Shown here: positions 34,568 to 44,478 of the stretch, piece by piece
How positions within the stretch are numbered: position 1 is the stretch's first letter
Layout of the letters: the number at the start of each line of letters is the position of its first letter
Origin: Thermoplasmata archaeon
GTDB lineage: Archaea > Thermoplasmatota > Thermoplasmata > Lutacidiplasmatales > UBA184
DNA length: 64,000 nucleotides
Assembly (NCBI GenBank): GCA_050749465.1
Contig: JBOGRO010000051.1
Location: 6,742-70,741 of the forward strand
Direction: 5' to 3'
Notes under the pieces: model-generated
What the model saw: only the letters and a program-made list of their open reading frames with translations
The model's database searches: none
Told to the model about the DNA's origin: nothing
Made by a program: the position numbers and the translations under genes

Positions 34568-35784
34568 AGCGAATCGCGATCGTCGGCGGGGGCCAATCGG
34601 GACTGATGCTGGGACTGGGACTGCTCGAGGCGGGGTGCGCGGTCACGCTCGTCACCAATCGGCCGCCGGACGCGGTCTGGAACGGCCGGGTGCTCTCGAG
34701 CCAATGCATGTTCCACGACGCGCTCGAGGAGGAACGGAAGCTCGGTCTGAACCAATGGGAGAAGCGCTGCCCGCCGGTCGAGGGGATCGCGTTCTCCCTC
34801 TCGAACGGGCAGGGCGGGAAGGCGCTCGAGTTCGCGTCGCGGCTCGACGGCTACGCCCAGTCGGTCGACCAGCGGGTGAAGATGCCGGGCTGGATGTACC
34901 AGTTCCAGGTGATGGGGGGGAAACTCCGCTTTGAGGACGCCGACGTGGACGCCCTCGAGAAGCTCCACCGCGACCACGACCTCGTCATCGTCGCGTCCGG
35001 GAAGGGCGAGGTCGGGAAGCTGTTCCCCCGGGACGCGAGCCGGTCGCCGTACGAGCACCCGATGCGGGCGCTGGCCCTGACGTACGTCCGGGGGATGACG
35101 CCGCGGAAGCCGTACTCGGCGGTGTCGTTCAGCCTCTCGCCCGGCGTCGGGGAGTACTTCGTCTTCCCGGCGCTCACGACGAGCGGACCGTGCGAGATCC
35201 AGGTCCTCGAAGGGGTCCCGGGCGGACCGATGGACCACTGGTCCGAGGCGAAAACGCCGGAGGAGCACCTCGCGATGAGCGTGAAGATCCTCGAAGATTT
35301 CTTCCCGTGGGAAGCGGAGCGGTGCCGCCATCTCGAGCTGACCGACCCGAACGGGGTCATGGCCGCGAAGTTCCCACCGACCGTGCGCCGGTCGGTCGGG
35401 TTCACCCCCGGTGGGCACCCGGTGCTCGGGATGGCCGATGCGGTCGTGCTGAACGACCCAGTCACCGGCCAGGGGTCGAACAACGCCGCCAAGTGCGCGG
35501 CCGTTTACCTCGCCGCGATCCTGAAGCACCCCGGCGAGAAGTTCGACGAGAAGTTCATGAGCGCGACGTTCGACCAGTACTGGGAGTACGCCCAAGCGGT
35601 CACGACGTGGACGAACACCCTCCTCGGCCCGCCGCCGCCCCACATCGTACAGCTCCTCGGGGCCGCGTCGCAGGACCCGCGCCTCGCGCACTGGTTCGTG
35701 AACGGGTTCAACGACCCTCGCTCGTACTTCCCCGCTTGGCTCGACCCGGAAGCGATGGGGAAGCTCATCGCGGGCGGGAAGTGA
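34564..35784 (+). CDS. StyA-like FAD-dependent monooxygenase (styrene monooxygenase large-component family)
   Basis: 406 aa. MKRIAIVGGGQSGLMLGLGL dinucleotide fold. Layout and motifs recalled from StyA (SPYEHPMRAL..., LNDPVTGQGSNNAAK versus StyA DPVLGQGANMA). Followed by a flavin reductase. Confidence 0.7.
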   Translation: MKRIAIVGGGQSGLMLGLGLLEAGCAVTLVTNRPPDAVWNGRVLSSQCMFHDALEEERKLGLNQWEKRCPPVEGIAFSLSNGQGGKALEFASRLDGYAQSVDQRVKMPGWMYQFQVMGGKLRFEDADVDALEKLHRDHDLVIVASGKGEVGKLFPRDASRSPYEHPMRALALTYVRGMTPRKPYSAVSFSLSPGVGEYFVFPALTTSGPCEIQVLEGVPGGPMDHWSEAKTPEEHLAMSVKILEDFFPWEAERCRHLELTDPNGVMAAKFPPTVRRSVGFTPGGHPVLGMADAVVLNDPVTGQGSNNAAKCAAVYLAAILKHPGEKFDEKFMSATFDQYWEYAQAVTTWTNTLLGPPPPHIVQLLGAASQDPRLAHWFVNGFNDPRSYFPAWLDPEAMGKLIAGGK

Positions 35785-35796
35785 ACCGGAGGCACG

Positions 35797-36324
35797 GTGC
35801 CTACGGAGGTCCTCGTCTCCGAGTACAGTCGCATCGACCCCCGCCGGTACCGCACGGCGCTCGGACGGTTCCCGACCGGGGTCACGATCATCACCGCGAA
35901 GTCCGACCATGGCGAGTACGCCGGTGTGACGTGCAACTCGTTCAACTCGCTCTCGCTCGACCCGCCCCTCGTCCTCTGGAGCCTCGACCGGGCGGCGCGC
36001 AGTCGCCCGACGTTCGAGCGGGCAGAGATGTTCGGGGTGAATGTGCTCTCGGTCGAGCAACGCGAGCTCGCCGTCCGGTTCGCGACCCCGTCGCCGAACA
36101 AGTTCGAGGGCGTGGCGTTCCGCGAGGGCCTCGAGGAGATACCGGTCTTTCCCGGGTCGGCCGCCGTCCTGAAGTGCCGCCGCCGCTCCGTCGCGCCGGA
36201 GGGCGACCACCTCCTGTTCGTCGGGGAGGTCGTCTACTACTCCTGGGACCCCGAGCGCCGACCGCTCCTCTACGCGGACGGCCACTACGGCGCGGTCGCG
36301 GGGGAGCCGACCTCGAGTGGTTGA
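35797..36324 (+). CDS. flavin reductase (HpaC/StyB family, small component of a two-component monooxygenase)
   Basis: 175 aa, GTG start. FPTGVTIITA, TCNSFNSLSLDPPLVLWSL and GDHLLFVGEV are typical of NAD(P)H:flavin oxidoreductases. Confidence 0.85.
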   Translation: MPTEVLVSEYSRIDPRRYRTALGRFPTGVTIITAKSDHGEYAGVTCNSFNSLSLDPPLVLWSLDRAARSRPTFERAEMFGVNVLSVEQRELAVRFATPSPNKFEGVAFREGLEEIPVFPGSAAVLKCRRRSVAPEGDHLLFVGEVVYYSWDPERRPLLYADGHYGAVAGEPTSSG

Positions 36325-36432
36325 GGGCACCGAACCCTCCTCGCCCCGCAGCCCCGAGGGCGGAACCCGGGGCGTTCCGGACGTGGTCATCCCGGGGGCG
36401 GTCCCGACGCGGGACACGCGCGGTAGTCCGGC

Positions 36433-37575
36433 TCAGGGCAACGGGTCGTAGTCGCCGCCCGGGGTGATGTACGAAAGGGTTCCGAGCGGCGTGAAGCCGT
36501 TCTCGTCCTACGGCAAGACCCCGAACGGGTTATCGGCCCCGTTGTACGGGTTGAGCGTCAGGCCGTAGTCCCACCAGAAGTTCCCGCCCTGCCACGGCGT
36601 GCCCACGATGCTCCCGAAGAGCGGGAGGAGCGGGAAACCGGGCGCGAAGTGAACGGGCCACGCGGGTGGGGCCGGGACGTTCCATGCGTTCTCGAAGACC
36701 TCGGAGTTGCCGGTATAGAGGTTGAACGTCAGGTGCCAGGCGGTGGTGGGGGTCTCGAGGTTGTTGTAGAGGAGGTCCCCGACCTCCCCTACTTGGATCC
36801 CGATCCCCTGACCGTACGGGATCGGATCGAGCACCGGGGAGTTGGCGCTGACCTCGTTGGGGCCGAGCGCTGTATGATGGGAGCTCTCGTCGACCTGGAA
36901 TCCATCGACGCCGTGTGCGTAGAAGACGTTCGGCGTGAGTGGGCCCCCCGAGAAGTTCCGGATGTTCGAGTCGAGATACAGCTCCTGCGCGCCCGGATAG
37001 TACAACGCGATGTCCCGCGTCCAGAAGGGGTACCCCGGCTGCCCGAACACGGTGACGTTCGTCCGGACGGCGTTCATCTACACTCCGTAGGCGTCGGGGC
37101 TGCTGTCCGCGAGGTCGAGACCGTAGATGCCCGGGGGCGTCGTGTCGATCTGACCTCGAAGGCTTGTCGTGTTCACGATCGAGGGGACCACCGAACCCCC
37201 GGGACCCGCGCCAAGGCCCGTGTCCGCGACGCCGACCGGCGCCGGGGCGTCAAAGTAGAGCGGGCTGACGTGACCCTCGGCCCGCGCCCGGGCGACCTCC
37301 GATGACGGGGCGGACGGGCGCGGCACCGAGACGACCCGGGAATCGAGGTGGAGGGCGTGGGTCGCCTTGATCGCGGTCTCCGCCATCGCCGCCCCGGCGT
37401 TAGAAGGTGGAGGGGCCCCGAACGCGGCGGTCAGGGCGCTCGTCCGCGGTGGCGCAGCCGATCCAGCGCCCCCGACGGAGGGGGCGCTCACGAGCGCAAC
37501 CACTCCGGAGACCGAAACCAGGACGAGGAGGCCGACGGCCACCATCTGGCGGGCGAGGGACGCGCGATGCCGCAT
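36433..37575 (-). pseudogene. secreted thermopsin-family (peptidase A5)-like protein interrupted by two in-frame TAG codons
   Basis: One continuous 381-codon frame. Signal peptide (MRHRASLARQMVAVGLLVLVSVSGVVALV), then APAPVGVADTGLG...DAYGV-TAG(37078-37080)-MNAVRTNVTVFGQPGYPFWTRD...DSNIRNFSG...-TAG(36508-36510)-DENGFTPLGTLSYITPGGDYDPLP-TGA(36433-36435). It resembles my recollection of thermopsin (PAGIASFG...YSATLQFNIVL...YAYWLQD...IDNVWNLTG). The first TAG falls where thermopsin has Gln. Confidence 0.55.
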
Positions 37576-37616
37576 CCCGACGCGGGCGTTCGCAGACGCT
37601 ATTTGAGCATTGAAAA

Positions 37617-38279
37617 CTAGGGGCTGCGGTGCCTACCGCCAACGAGCTCCCGCATCCGTCGGCTCTGCTCCGCGCCGAAGACCGGGAGCCCCTCGGGTCG
37701 CAGGAGCCCGACTTGGACGAGGACCGATGCCTGGTCCCAGTAGATGTGCTCGTACGCGAGCCTCGCGCCGGACATCCCGATGATGCCCACGGTTGGCACG
37801 GTCACGCGTCGGCCCGTCGGGGGGACGCCCGGGAGGATGAAATCGACCTCCCGGTCGTGGGTGAACTCGAGGTAGAACTCGTCCACGACCCGGTGTGCGC
37901 CGACCGTGCGAGAGATCGGGAGGATGCGGATGTCGCGCGGCAGCTTGGGGAGGAAGTGCTCGGAGTAGAACGTGCGCACCTCGTCGCCGTTGGCTCCGCC
38001 CGCGAGCGTGGGGAGGTGGATCAGGTGAGGGTCCGGAACCATCGTGTCCATCGTCGCGTCGACGTCATGCTGCCCGAACTCTGCGCGGAGGTGCGCTTCC
38101 CACACCTTCTCGACGCGCTTCTCCGCCCCCCGGTCGCCGGCGCCTGCCTCGTAGGCCCGCACCGCCTTCTCAATCGCCGCAGCCCGGGCCCGGATCGCAC
38201 GGGGAGAGAGTGCCCCGGCAGGGATCCCGCAGGCGCGAAGCAGTTTCATCTCGCGTCGGACGGACGTGGGCTCGATCAT
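37617..38279 (-). CDS. NTF2-like / SnoaL-like fold protein (hypothetical)
   Basis: ATG 38279. The region VEKVWEAHLRAEFGQHDVDATMDTMVPDP...VVDEFYLEFTH...YEHIYWDQASVLVQVGLL resembles SnoaL-type cyclase/NTF2 superfamily proteins. Tentative. Confidence 0.45.
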   Translation of the reverse strand: MIEPTSVRREMKLLRACGIPAGALSPRAIRARAAAIEKAVRAYEAGAGDRGAEKRVEKVWEAHLRAEFGQHDVDATMDTMVPDPHLIHLPTLAGGANGDEVRTFYSEHFLPKLPRDIRILPISRTVGAHRVVDEFYLEFTHDREVDFILPGVPPTGRRVTVPTVGIIGMSGARLAYEHIYWDQASVLVQVGLLRPEGLPVFGAEQSRRMRELVGGRHRSP

Positions 38280-38402
38280 CGCCCCAGGACCGGTCTCGCC
38301 GTCTAAATGGTTCCGGCGGCCGCTCCGTGGCACGCCTCGACCGGCGGTCGCCCCGGCATCGAAGTCGGTCCGGCCGAAACCGTTCGGCCGGGGGTAGGCC
38401 CG

Positions 38403-39608
38403 TCAGACGCCCGCGAATCGGTGCAACGCTTCGCCGAGTCCGGACAGCTCCACGGGTTCCGACACCGTGGCCGACTCCGCAGGGACGGCTCGGAACTCTT
38501 TGAACCCGGTCCCGGTCAACACGAGCCCAACCGTGGACTCCGGCGGTACGGTCCCGGCCGAGCGCAGCGCGCGGAGGGCCGCCACGACCGTCGCCGAGGA
38601 GATCTCGCAGAAGATCCCCTCTTCAGCGGCGATCCACCGCTGCGCGTCGAGGATCTCGACATCCGGAACCGAGACCGCGGTCCCGCCGCTCTCTCGAATC
38701 GCCACCAGGACGTTGTCCACCCCGAACCGGACGACGAGGGCGCCCGCCACGGTCTGGGCCGAGTCGAGGGTCGGCACGTGAGCGGCTCCCTCTTGGATCG
38801 CCCGAACGACCGGGTCCGCGCCGACCCCTTGCACCGCGACCATCCGCGGGACTCGCTCGGTCACCCCGGCGTCGCGGAGCTCGACGAACCCCTTGTGGAT
38901 CCCCGAAAGAAGGTCACCCCCCGCCACCGGGACCAGAACCCACTCCGGCAGCGGACCCTGGAGCGCGATCTCGTAGGCGATCGTCTTCAGGGCGTCGGGG
39001 AGCAGGGGATTCCACGGTGACCAGACGAAGAGGTTCCGGAAGGAGGGAAGCGCCGAGGCGGCGATCCCCAACGCTTTCGCCAAACTCGCGGGGGAGTCGT
39101 ACAGGTGGCGGACCCGAACCACCCGGGCGCCGTAGAGCAAAGTCTGGCTCCACTTCGCGACGGAGGTTCTCTCGGGGGCGAGGATCACGCACGGCAGGCC
39201 GGCGCGCCCGCAGTACGCGGCGATCGCCGAGCCGGCGTTGCCGCTCGACGCGGTGAATACCCCGTCGTACCCCCACTTCCGGGAGAGGCTGACACCGAGG
39301 GACGCGACGCGGTCCTTGAACGCCCCGGTGGGGTTCGACCCCTCAAGCTTGGCATCGACTCGCGCCGCTCCCAGCGCTCGGGCGATTCGTGGGACCGGGA
39401 CGTACGGCGTCGCGCCTTCGCCGAGCGTGACCCGCGACGATTCGGGCACCGGCGGCAACATCTCCGCGAAGCCCCACATCGAGACCGTGGGACCGGCCGA
39501 CGGGCGGAATCCCGTGACGTCATACTTCGCCGCGAGGACCTGATGGCAAGCAGTGCAATCCCCGAGAACTCGGTCGGGATACGGTCGCCCGCAAGAGGTG
39601 CAGACCAC
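38403..39608 (-). CDS. threonine synthase-like PLP enzyme with N-terminal zinc ribbon
   Basis: CTSCGRPY...CTAC zinc ribbon. EGSNPTGAFKDR (PLP Lys), TASSGNAG, LVPVAGGDLLSG. Start set at GTG 39608, just before the ribbon; ATG 39731 would add an R/G-rich extension. Confidence 0.8.
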   Translation of the reverse strand: MVCTSCGRPYPDRVLGDCTACHQVLAAKYDVTGFRPSAGPTVSMWGFAEMLPPVPESSRVTLGEGATPYVPVPRIARALGAARVDAKLEGSNPTGAFKDRVASLGVSLSRKWGYDGVFTASSGNAGSAIAAYCGRAGLPCVILAPERTSVAKWSQTLLYGARVVRVRHLYDSPASLAKALGIAASALPSFRNLFVWSPWNPLLPDALKTIAYEIALQGPLPEWVLVPVAGGDLLSGIHKGFVELRDAGVTERVPRMVAVQGVGADPVVRAIQEGAAHVPTLDSAQTVAGALVVRFGVDNVLVAIRESGGTAVSVPDVEILDAQRWIAAEEGIFCEISSATVVAALRALRSAGTVPPESTVGLVLTGTGFKEFRAVPAESATVSEPVELSGLGEALHRFAGV

Positions 39609-39990
39609 GCCCTGGTAGCGAGCGGGCGAGCCACCAGGACTCCGGTCGAGAGCCGTGCCGCGCCCTTCAGTGCCCAACTCGGCGTCCCCCCGAACCCCGA
39701 ATCCGCTCTTCCCGCGTCCGGGAGCCCGCATCGTCCCTCGCGGGCTCGCCCCCGACCGCTCGCCTCGGCGTTCCACCCTCGACCGGCATTGTCACCACCG
39801 GTGTCGTCCGGCGCAGAGGCCGTCGCGCGCGCGCGGCCGACACGGGCGATGCGAAACGCGGCGTTAGGATAAGCCTGCGCCGAATCCTGGGCCCAGGGCG
39901 CGGACGGTGCTGCGGTCACGCGCGGTCGGCGGTCCGTGGGAGAGCGAGCGGGGCGCACCGTCGACCTCGAGCTCCTCGGCGCGGCAAGAA

Positions 39991-39999
39991 GTTTATAGG
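39991..39999 (+). promoter_or_regulatory. TATA box (GTTTATAGG) upstream of the coxMSLG-like operon
   Basis: A/T-rich element about 80 nt upstream of the ATG at 40077. A GGGAG lies 7 nt before that ATG, so this operon appears to have a leader. Confidence 0.4.
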
Positions 40000-40076
40000 C
40001 CTCCCCGGTTTGGTGCGCGTTCGAAGGGGCCGTCGCGATCCGGCTCCGGTCGGTCGTGCTTCCCTGGGAGCCCGCG

Positions 40077-40967
40077 ATGTATCCACGAACGTTCGACTAC
40101 CTCGCCGCACAATCCCTCGACGAGGCGATGGGGTTCCTCGCGGCCCACGAGGAGTCGAAGGTCCTGGCGGGTGGTCAGAGCCTCCTGCCGTTGATGAAAC
40201 TCCGGCTCGCGTCCCCCTCGGTCCTCGTGGACATCGGGCAAATCCCCGACCTCTCGTACATTCGCCCCGAGGAACCCGGGGGACCGATCGCGATCGGGGC
40301 GCTGACGACTCACGATGCGGTCGCCCGGTCGGACGCCCTCCGCAATCTGTGCCCCATCCTCCCCGAGGCAGCCCGGAACATTGCCGACCAACAGATCCGC
40401 AACCGGGGCACGATCGGAGGGAGCTGTTGCCATGCCGACCCGGCGTCGGACCTTCCGCCGACCCTGCGGGCGCTCGACGCCCGGTTCTCGATCGTCGGTG
40501 CGAAGGGAGTCCGCACGGTCTCCGCGGACGAGTTCTTCGTCGACCTGTTCGAGACCGCGGTCGGACCGCGGGAGATCCTGACCCGGATCGATGTACCCCG
40601 CTTCGGCCCACGATGGGGGTGGAACTACGCGAAGTTCAACCGACGCGAAGGCGACTATCCGATCGTCGGGGTGGCGATCGTCGTGCGTCTTGCCGAGCGC
40701 TCCGACGCGATCGAAGAGGCCCGGATCGGCCTCGCGGCCGTCGGGAGCACGCCGCTCCGCGCGCGCGCCGCCGAGAAGCTCCTGGCCCACGCGGAGGCGA
40801 CCCCGACGGTCGTCGCCGAGGCCGCCGAGAGGGCATCCGCGGACCTCCGCCCCGGGTCCGACATGCACGGGAGCGCGGAGTACCGTAGACACTTGGTCCG
40901 CGTGCTGGTGCGTCGCGGACTCTTGGCGGCGGTCGCGCGAGCGCAGCTCGTGGGGGGTGCCACGTGA
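40077..40967 (+). CDS. xanthine dehydrogenase-family FAD-binding medium subunit (CoxM/CutM-like)
   Basis: [17 protein letters not shown]...[16 protein letters not shown]...[10 protein letters not shown]...[10 protein letters not shown] is the typical PCMH-type FAD subunit. Confidence 0.9.
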   Translation: MYPRTFDYLAAQSLDEAMGFLAAHEESKVLAGGQSLLPLMKLRLASPSVLVDIGQIPDLSYIRPEEPGGPIAIGALTTHDAVARSDALRNLCPILPEAARNIADQQIRNRGTIGGSCCHADPASDLPPTLRALDARFSIVGAKGVRTVSADEFFVDLFETAVGPREILTRIDVPRFGPRWGWNYAKFNRREGDYPIVGVAIVVRLAERSDAIEEARIGLAAVGSTPLRARAAEKLLAHAEATPTVVAEAAERASADLRPGSDMHGSAEYRRHLVRVLVRRGLLAAVARAQLVGGAT

Positions 40968-41473
40968 GCGAGCGACGGACCGTGCGGGTGACCGTCAACG
41001 GAGTGGAGCGAGAGGCTCTCGCCGAGCCGCGGCGACTGCTCGTTCACTTCCTGCGGGAGGAGCTCGCACTGACGGGGACCCACATCGGCTGCGACACGGG
41101 CCACTGCGGCGCGTGCACCATCCTGCTCGACGGAAAGTCGGTGAAGTCGTGCATGGTCCTCGCGGTCCAGGCGGACGGGAAGTCGATCACTACGATCGAG
41201 GGGCTGGAGCGGTTCGGCCGCCTGCATCCGATCCAGGCCGCGTTCCGCGAGCACCACGGACTCCAGTGCGGGTACTGCACGCCGGGGATGATCCTCTCCG
41301 CGCTCTACCTCCTCCAGCAGAACCCTTCCCCCACGGAAGAGGAGATCCGGTCCGCAATCGCCGGTAACCTGTGTCGGTGCACCGGCTACGTCAACATCGT
41401 GAAGTCGATCCAGGCGGCGGCGAAGACGTTCGCTGCGCAGACCGACGTGACGGCGCCCCTCACTCAGCCATGA
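40964..41473 (+). CDS. xanthine dehydrogenase-family [2Fe-2S] small subunit (CoxS/CutS-like)
   Basis: GTG overlaps the previous stop (GTGA). [10 protein letters not shown] and QCGYCTPGM...NLCRCTGY are the two 2Fe-2S motifs. Confidence 0.9.
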   Translation: MSERRTVRVTVNGVEREALAEPRRLLVHFLREELALTGTHIGCDTGHCGACTILLDGKSVKSCMVLAVQADGKSITTIEGLERFGRLHPIQAAFREHHGLQCGYCTPGMILSALYLLQQNPSPTEEEIRSAIAGNLCRCTGYVNIVKSIQAAAKTFAAQTDVTAPLTQP

Positions 41474-44028
41474 GCGGCACGTCCCGACGCGCGCGCGCCT
41501 CGCGCGCCGGACCCGCTCCGTGGACCGAGGCCACGACCGGCTGGTTCGGTCGGTCGGTGCCGACCAAGGAGTCGGCACGCTTCGTCACGGGGAGCGGGCA
41601 ATACATGGACGACCTGCGGCTCCCCCACACCGCCTTCCTCGGCGTCCTCCGAAGCCCGTACGCCCACGCGCGAATCCGATCGATCGACACCGAGAAGGCG
41701 CGCCGGGCACCCGGGGTCGTGGCGGTCTACACCGGCGCCGACCTCCGTCAGCTCGTGGACCCGTTCCTGCAGCTCGCTCCTCCGCCGGCGGACAAGGTCG
41801 TCGACCTCCCGCTCGCCGTCGACAAGGTCCGGCACGTAGGGGAACCGGTGGTCGCGATCGTCGCCGAGGACCGCTACCTCGCGGCGGACGCCGCCGAGCT
41901 GGTCGAGGTCGATTACGAGCCGCTCCCGCCCGTGATCGACGTCGCCGCGGCGAACGCCCCGAGCGCCCCGCTCCTCCACGAACAGATCGGGACGAACGAG
42001 GTTTGGCGCGGGATCTACGAGTACGGAGACGTCGACGCGGCGTTCGGGCGCGCGGACACGGTGCTGCACGAGCACTTCCACTACCACCGGTTCAATTCCG
42101 CCCCCCTCGAGCTCAATGCCGCCCTGGCCGACTTCAACCCCCGCTCGGGGGAGCTCACGCTCTACTCGAACAACGTGATGCCGATGTTCTGCCTGCCGCT
42201 CATCGCGCTCTCGCTCCGGATGACGACCGACCGGATCCGGATCGTCGTTCCCGACACCGGCGGCAGCTTCGGGAACAAGATCAACTCGTTCCCGTTCATG
42301 ATCCTCGTCAGCGCGATCTCGAAGGAGCTGGGCCGGCCGATCCAGTGGATCGAACTGCGGAGCGAGTTCTTCGCGGCGGGCACGCACGGCAACGAGCGTA
42401 CGTTCGACGTCGATATCGCGGCCCGGAAGGACGGCACCCTGCTCGCGCTCAAGGTCACCGCGTGGGACGACTGCGGCGCGTTCGCCCGGTACGAACCGGC
42501 GGGCGCGGTGATCTGGGCCCAGGTCGCGTTCTCCATGTACCGGCACCGGGCGCTCCGTGTCGACTATCACGAGCTCTTCACGAACAAGTGCCCCGTGGGT
42601 CCGAACCGCGGCTACTCCCGCGCCCCGCACCTCTTCCTCTATGAGCGGGTGATGGACCGGATCGCGGACCACTTCGGCCTCGACCGGGTCGCGGTCCGGG
42701 AGCGCAACTTCGTCCGCCCGTCCGAGATGCCGTACCCCGCGCCGAACGGGACCGTCCTCGACGGGGGCGACTACCCCCGTGCGCTGGGGGAGGTCGTCCG
42801 CCGGCTCGATCTGCCCGCCTTCCGACGCCGACAGGAGGCGCTGCGTAAGCAGGGGCGCTACCTCGGGATCGGCATCGCCGGGGCGCTCGACTCGTCGGGC
42901 AACAACTTCGCCCAGGTTCGCGTCATCAACCCGCACCTTCCGTTCTCGGGAAACAGCGAAGCGGCCCGAGTGTGGATGGACCCCATGGGCGGACTCCACG
43001 TAGCGATCGGTCCGACGAACCAGGGCCAGGGACACGAGACGATCTCGAGCCAGATCGTCGCCCACGAGCTCGGCGTCGATCCCGGGGCCGTGCACGCGCT
43101 CCCGAACTTCGATTCGAACTCTCACCCATCGACCGGTACGTCGGGCGCGTACGCGAGCCGCACCGCGGTGATGGCGGGCGGCGCGATCTTTGGCGCGGTG
43201 CGTGAGCTCAAGGGCCGGCTGGCCCGGATCGGGGCGCACCTGCTCGAGACGTCGGTGGAGGACATCGAGTTCGGGGGGGGCGAAGTGCGGGCGCGTTCGA
43301 GCGGTCGGTCGCTCCCGCTCTACCAGCTCGGCGCCACGGCGGGCTCCAACGTGCTGGCGCTCCCCCCGGAGGTCTCGACCAACCTCTCGGTCACCTACGT
43401 CTACCGGCCGCCGTTCGCGATCCCCAACCCCGTGGACAAGCAGGGCAACTTCACGCTCACCTACTCCTACCAGCTCCACGGCGCGATCGTCGAGGTCGAC
43501 CCCGAAACCGGCAAGGTCCGGATCGACCGGTACGTCGCGGTCGACGACTGCGGGAACATGATCAACCCCGCGATCGTCGAGGGGCAGGTCATCGGCGCCG
43601 CCGTCCACGGGATCGAAGCGTCGCTCCTCGGGAACCTCCAGTATTCACCGGAGGGTCAGCTGCTCGCGACGTCGTTCGTCGACTTCCTCGCCGCGACCGC
43701 GCGGGACGTGCCGGAGATCGAGGTCGGCCACCTCGTCACTCCCTCGACCACCGGCCCCGAGGGGATGCGCGGGGTCGGCGAGGGCGGAGGGACGGCGCTC
43801 TCGGTGCTCGCCTCCGCGATCGAGGATGCGCTCGCGCCGTTCGGCGCCCGATTCGACGACTCGCACTTCACGCCGGAAGGGATCCTGGACGGGATCCGCT
43901 CCGCCCCGCCGGGGGTCGTCCGCCCGGCTCCGCCCCCCCCGCCGGCGGGCCGGTCGAGGGGGGCGAAGGGAGACCGAAAGCGCCCGGCCACGGCGGCCCA
44001 TCGACCCCCCGGGAGGTCGAGCCGATGA
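41470..44028 (+). CDS. xanthine dehydrogenase-family molybdopterin-binding large subunit (CoxL-like; active-site loop not CODH-type)
   Basis: ATG 41470 overlaps the small-subunit stop (ATGA). [17 protein letters not shown]...[28 protein letters not shown]. Loop [13 protein letters not shown] instead of AYxCSFR or AYRGAGR. Pro/Arg-rich C-terminal tail. Confidence 0.9.
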   Translation: MSGTSRRARASRAGPAPWTEATTGWFGRSVPTKESARFVTGSGQYMDDLRLPHTAFLGVLRSPYAHARIRSIDTEKARRAPGVVAVYTGADLRQLVDPFLQLAPPPADKVVDLPLAVDKVRHVGEPVVAIVAEDRYLAADAAELVEVDYEPLPPVIDVAAANAPSAPLLHEQIGTNEVWRGIYEYGDVDAAFGRADTVLHEHFHYHRFNSAPLELNAALADFNPRSGELTLYSNNVMPMFCLPLIALSLRMTTDRIRIVVPDTGGSFGNKINSFPFMILVSAISKELGRPIQWIELRSEFFAAGTHGNERTFDVDIAARKDGTLLALKVTAWDDCGAFARYEPAGAVIWAQVAFSMYRHRALRVDYHELFTNKCPVGPNRGYSRAPHLFLYERVMDRIADHFGLDRVAVRERNFVRPSEMPYPAPNGTVLDGGDYPRALGEVVRRLDLPAFRRRQEALRKQGRYLGIGIAGALDSSGNNFAQVRVINPHLPFSGNSEAARVWMDPMGGLHVAIGPTNQGQGHETISSQIVAHELGVDPGAVHALPNFDSNSHPSTGTSGAYASRTAVMAGGAIFGAVRELKGRLARIGAHLLETSVEDIEFGGGEVRARSSGRSLPLYQLGATAGSNVLALPPEVSTNLSVTYVYRPPFAIPNPVDKQGNFTLTYSYQLHGAIVEVDPETGKVRIDRYVAVDDCGNMINPAIVEGQVIGAAVHGIEASLLGNLQYSPEGQLLATSFVDFLAATARDVPEIEVGHLVTPSTTGPEGMRGVGEGGGTALSVLASAIEDALAPFGARFDDSHFTPEGILDGIRSAPPGVVRPAPPPPPAGRSRGAKGDRKRPATAAHRPPGRSSR

Positions 44029-44462
44029 ACTTCGAGGGGCAGTACAGCTTGAATGCCCCGCGCGAGCGGGTCTGGACGACGATCCGCGATCCGGCGAAGC
44101 TCGCCTCCGCGTTCGACGACTTCCGGGACCTCGCGATCGTCTCCCCGACCGTGTTCACCGCGAACGGGAAGGTCGGGGTCTCGGTCATTCGCGGCACGTT
44201 CCGGTTCCGATTCGAGGTCGTCGAGGAGTCGGCCCCGACGCATCTCGTGACCGTCGTCCGCGGCCGCGGGATCGGCTCGGCGGTCGACCTCAAGATCGAC
44301 GTCCGCCTCGAGGAGCGCGGCGCGACGACGGACCTCCTCTGGGCCGCGTCCGTCCAGGTCAGCGGCACGCTGGCCGGGATCGCGCAACGCCTGCTGGAGC
44401 AGTCGGCGGAGCGGACGATCCGCGACGTCTTCGAGAACCTCAAGAAGGTCGTCGAGAGGTAA
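44025..44462 (+). CDS. CoxG-like SRPBCC-fold protein
   Basis: 145 aa. [23 protein letters not shown]... with a C-terminal GTLAGIAQRLLE helix, typical of CoxG. The ATG overlaps the large-subunit stop. Confidence 0.8.
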   Translation: MNFEGQYSLNAPRERVWTTIRDPAKLASAFDDFRDLAIVSPTVFTANGKVGVSVIRGTFRFRFEVVEESAPTHLVTVVRGRGIGSAVDLKIDVRLEERGATTDLLWAASVQVSGTLAGIAQRLLEQSAERTIRDVFENLKKVVER

Positions 44463-44478
44463 GCCGCCGGGCGCCGGC

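Noticed and set aside
36433-37575. Genome-wide reassignment of TAG (for example to pyrrolysine) as the explanation for the two in-frame TAGs
   Set aside because: TAG is a frequent genuine terminator here. It closes at least 9 of the first 22 genes I checked (ABC ATPase, regulator, sufC, sufB, radical SAM, AKR, rad50, mre11 and others), and these are followed directly by promoters or the next gene's start. No pyl genes or tRNA are seen in the window. Local pseudogenisation, sequencing error or gene-specific read-through remain possible.
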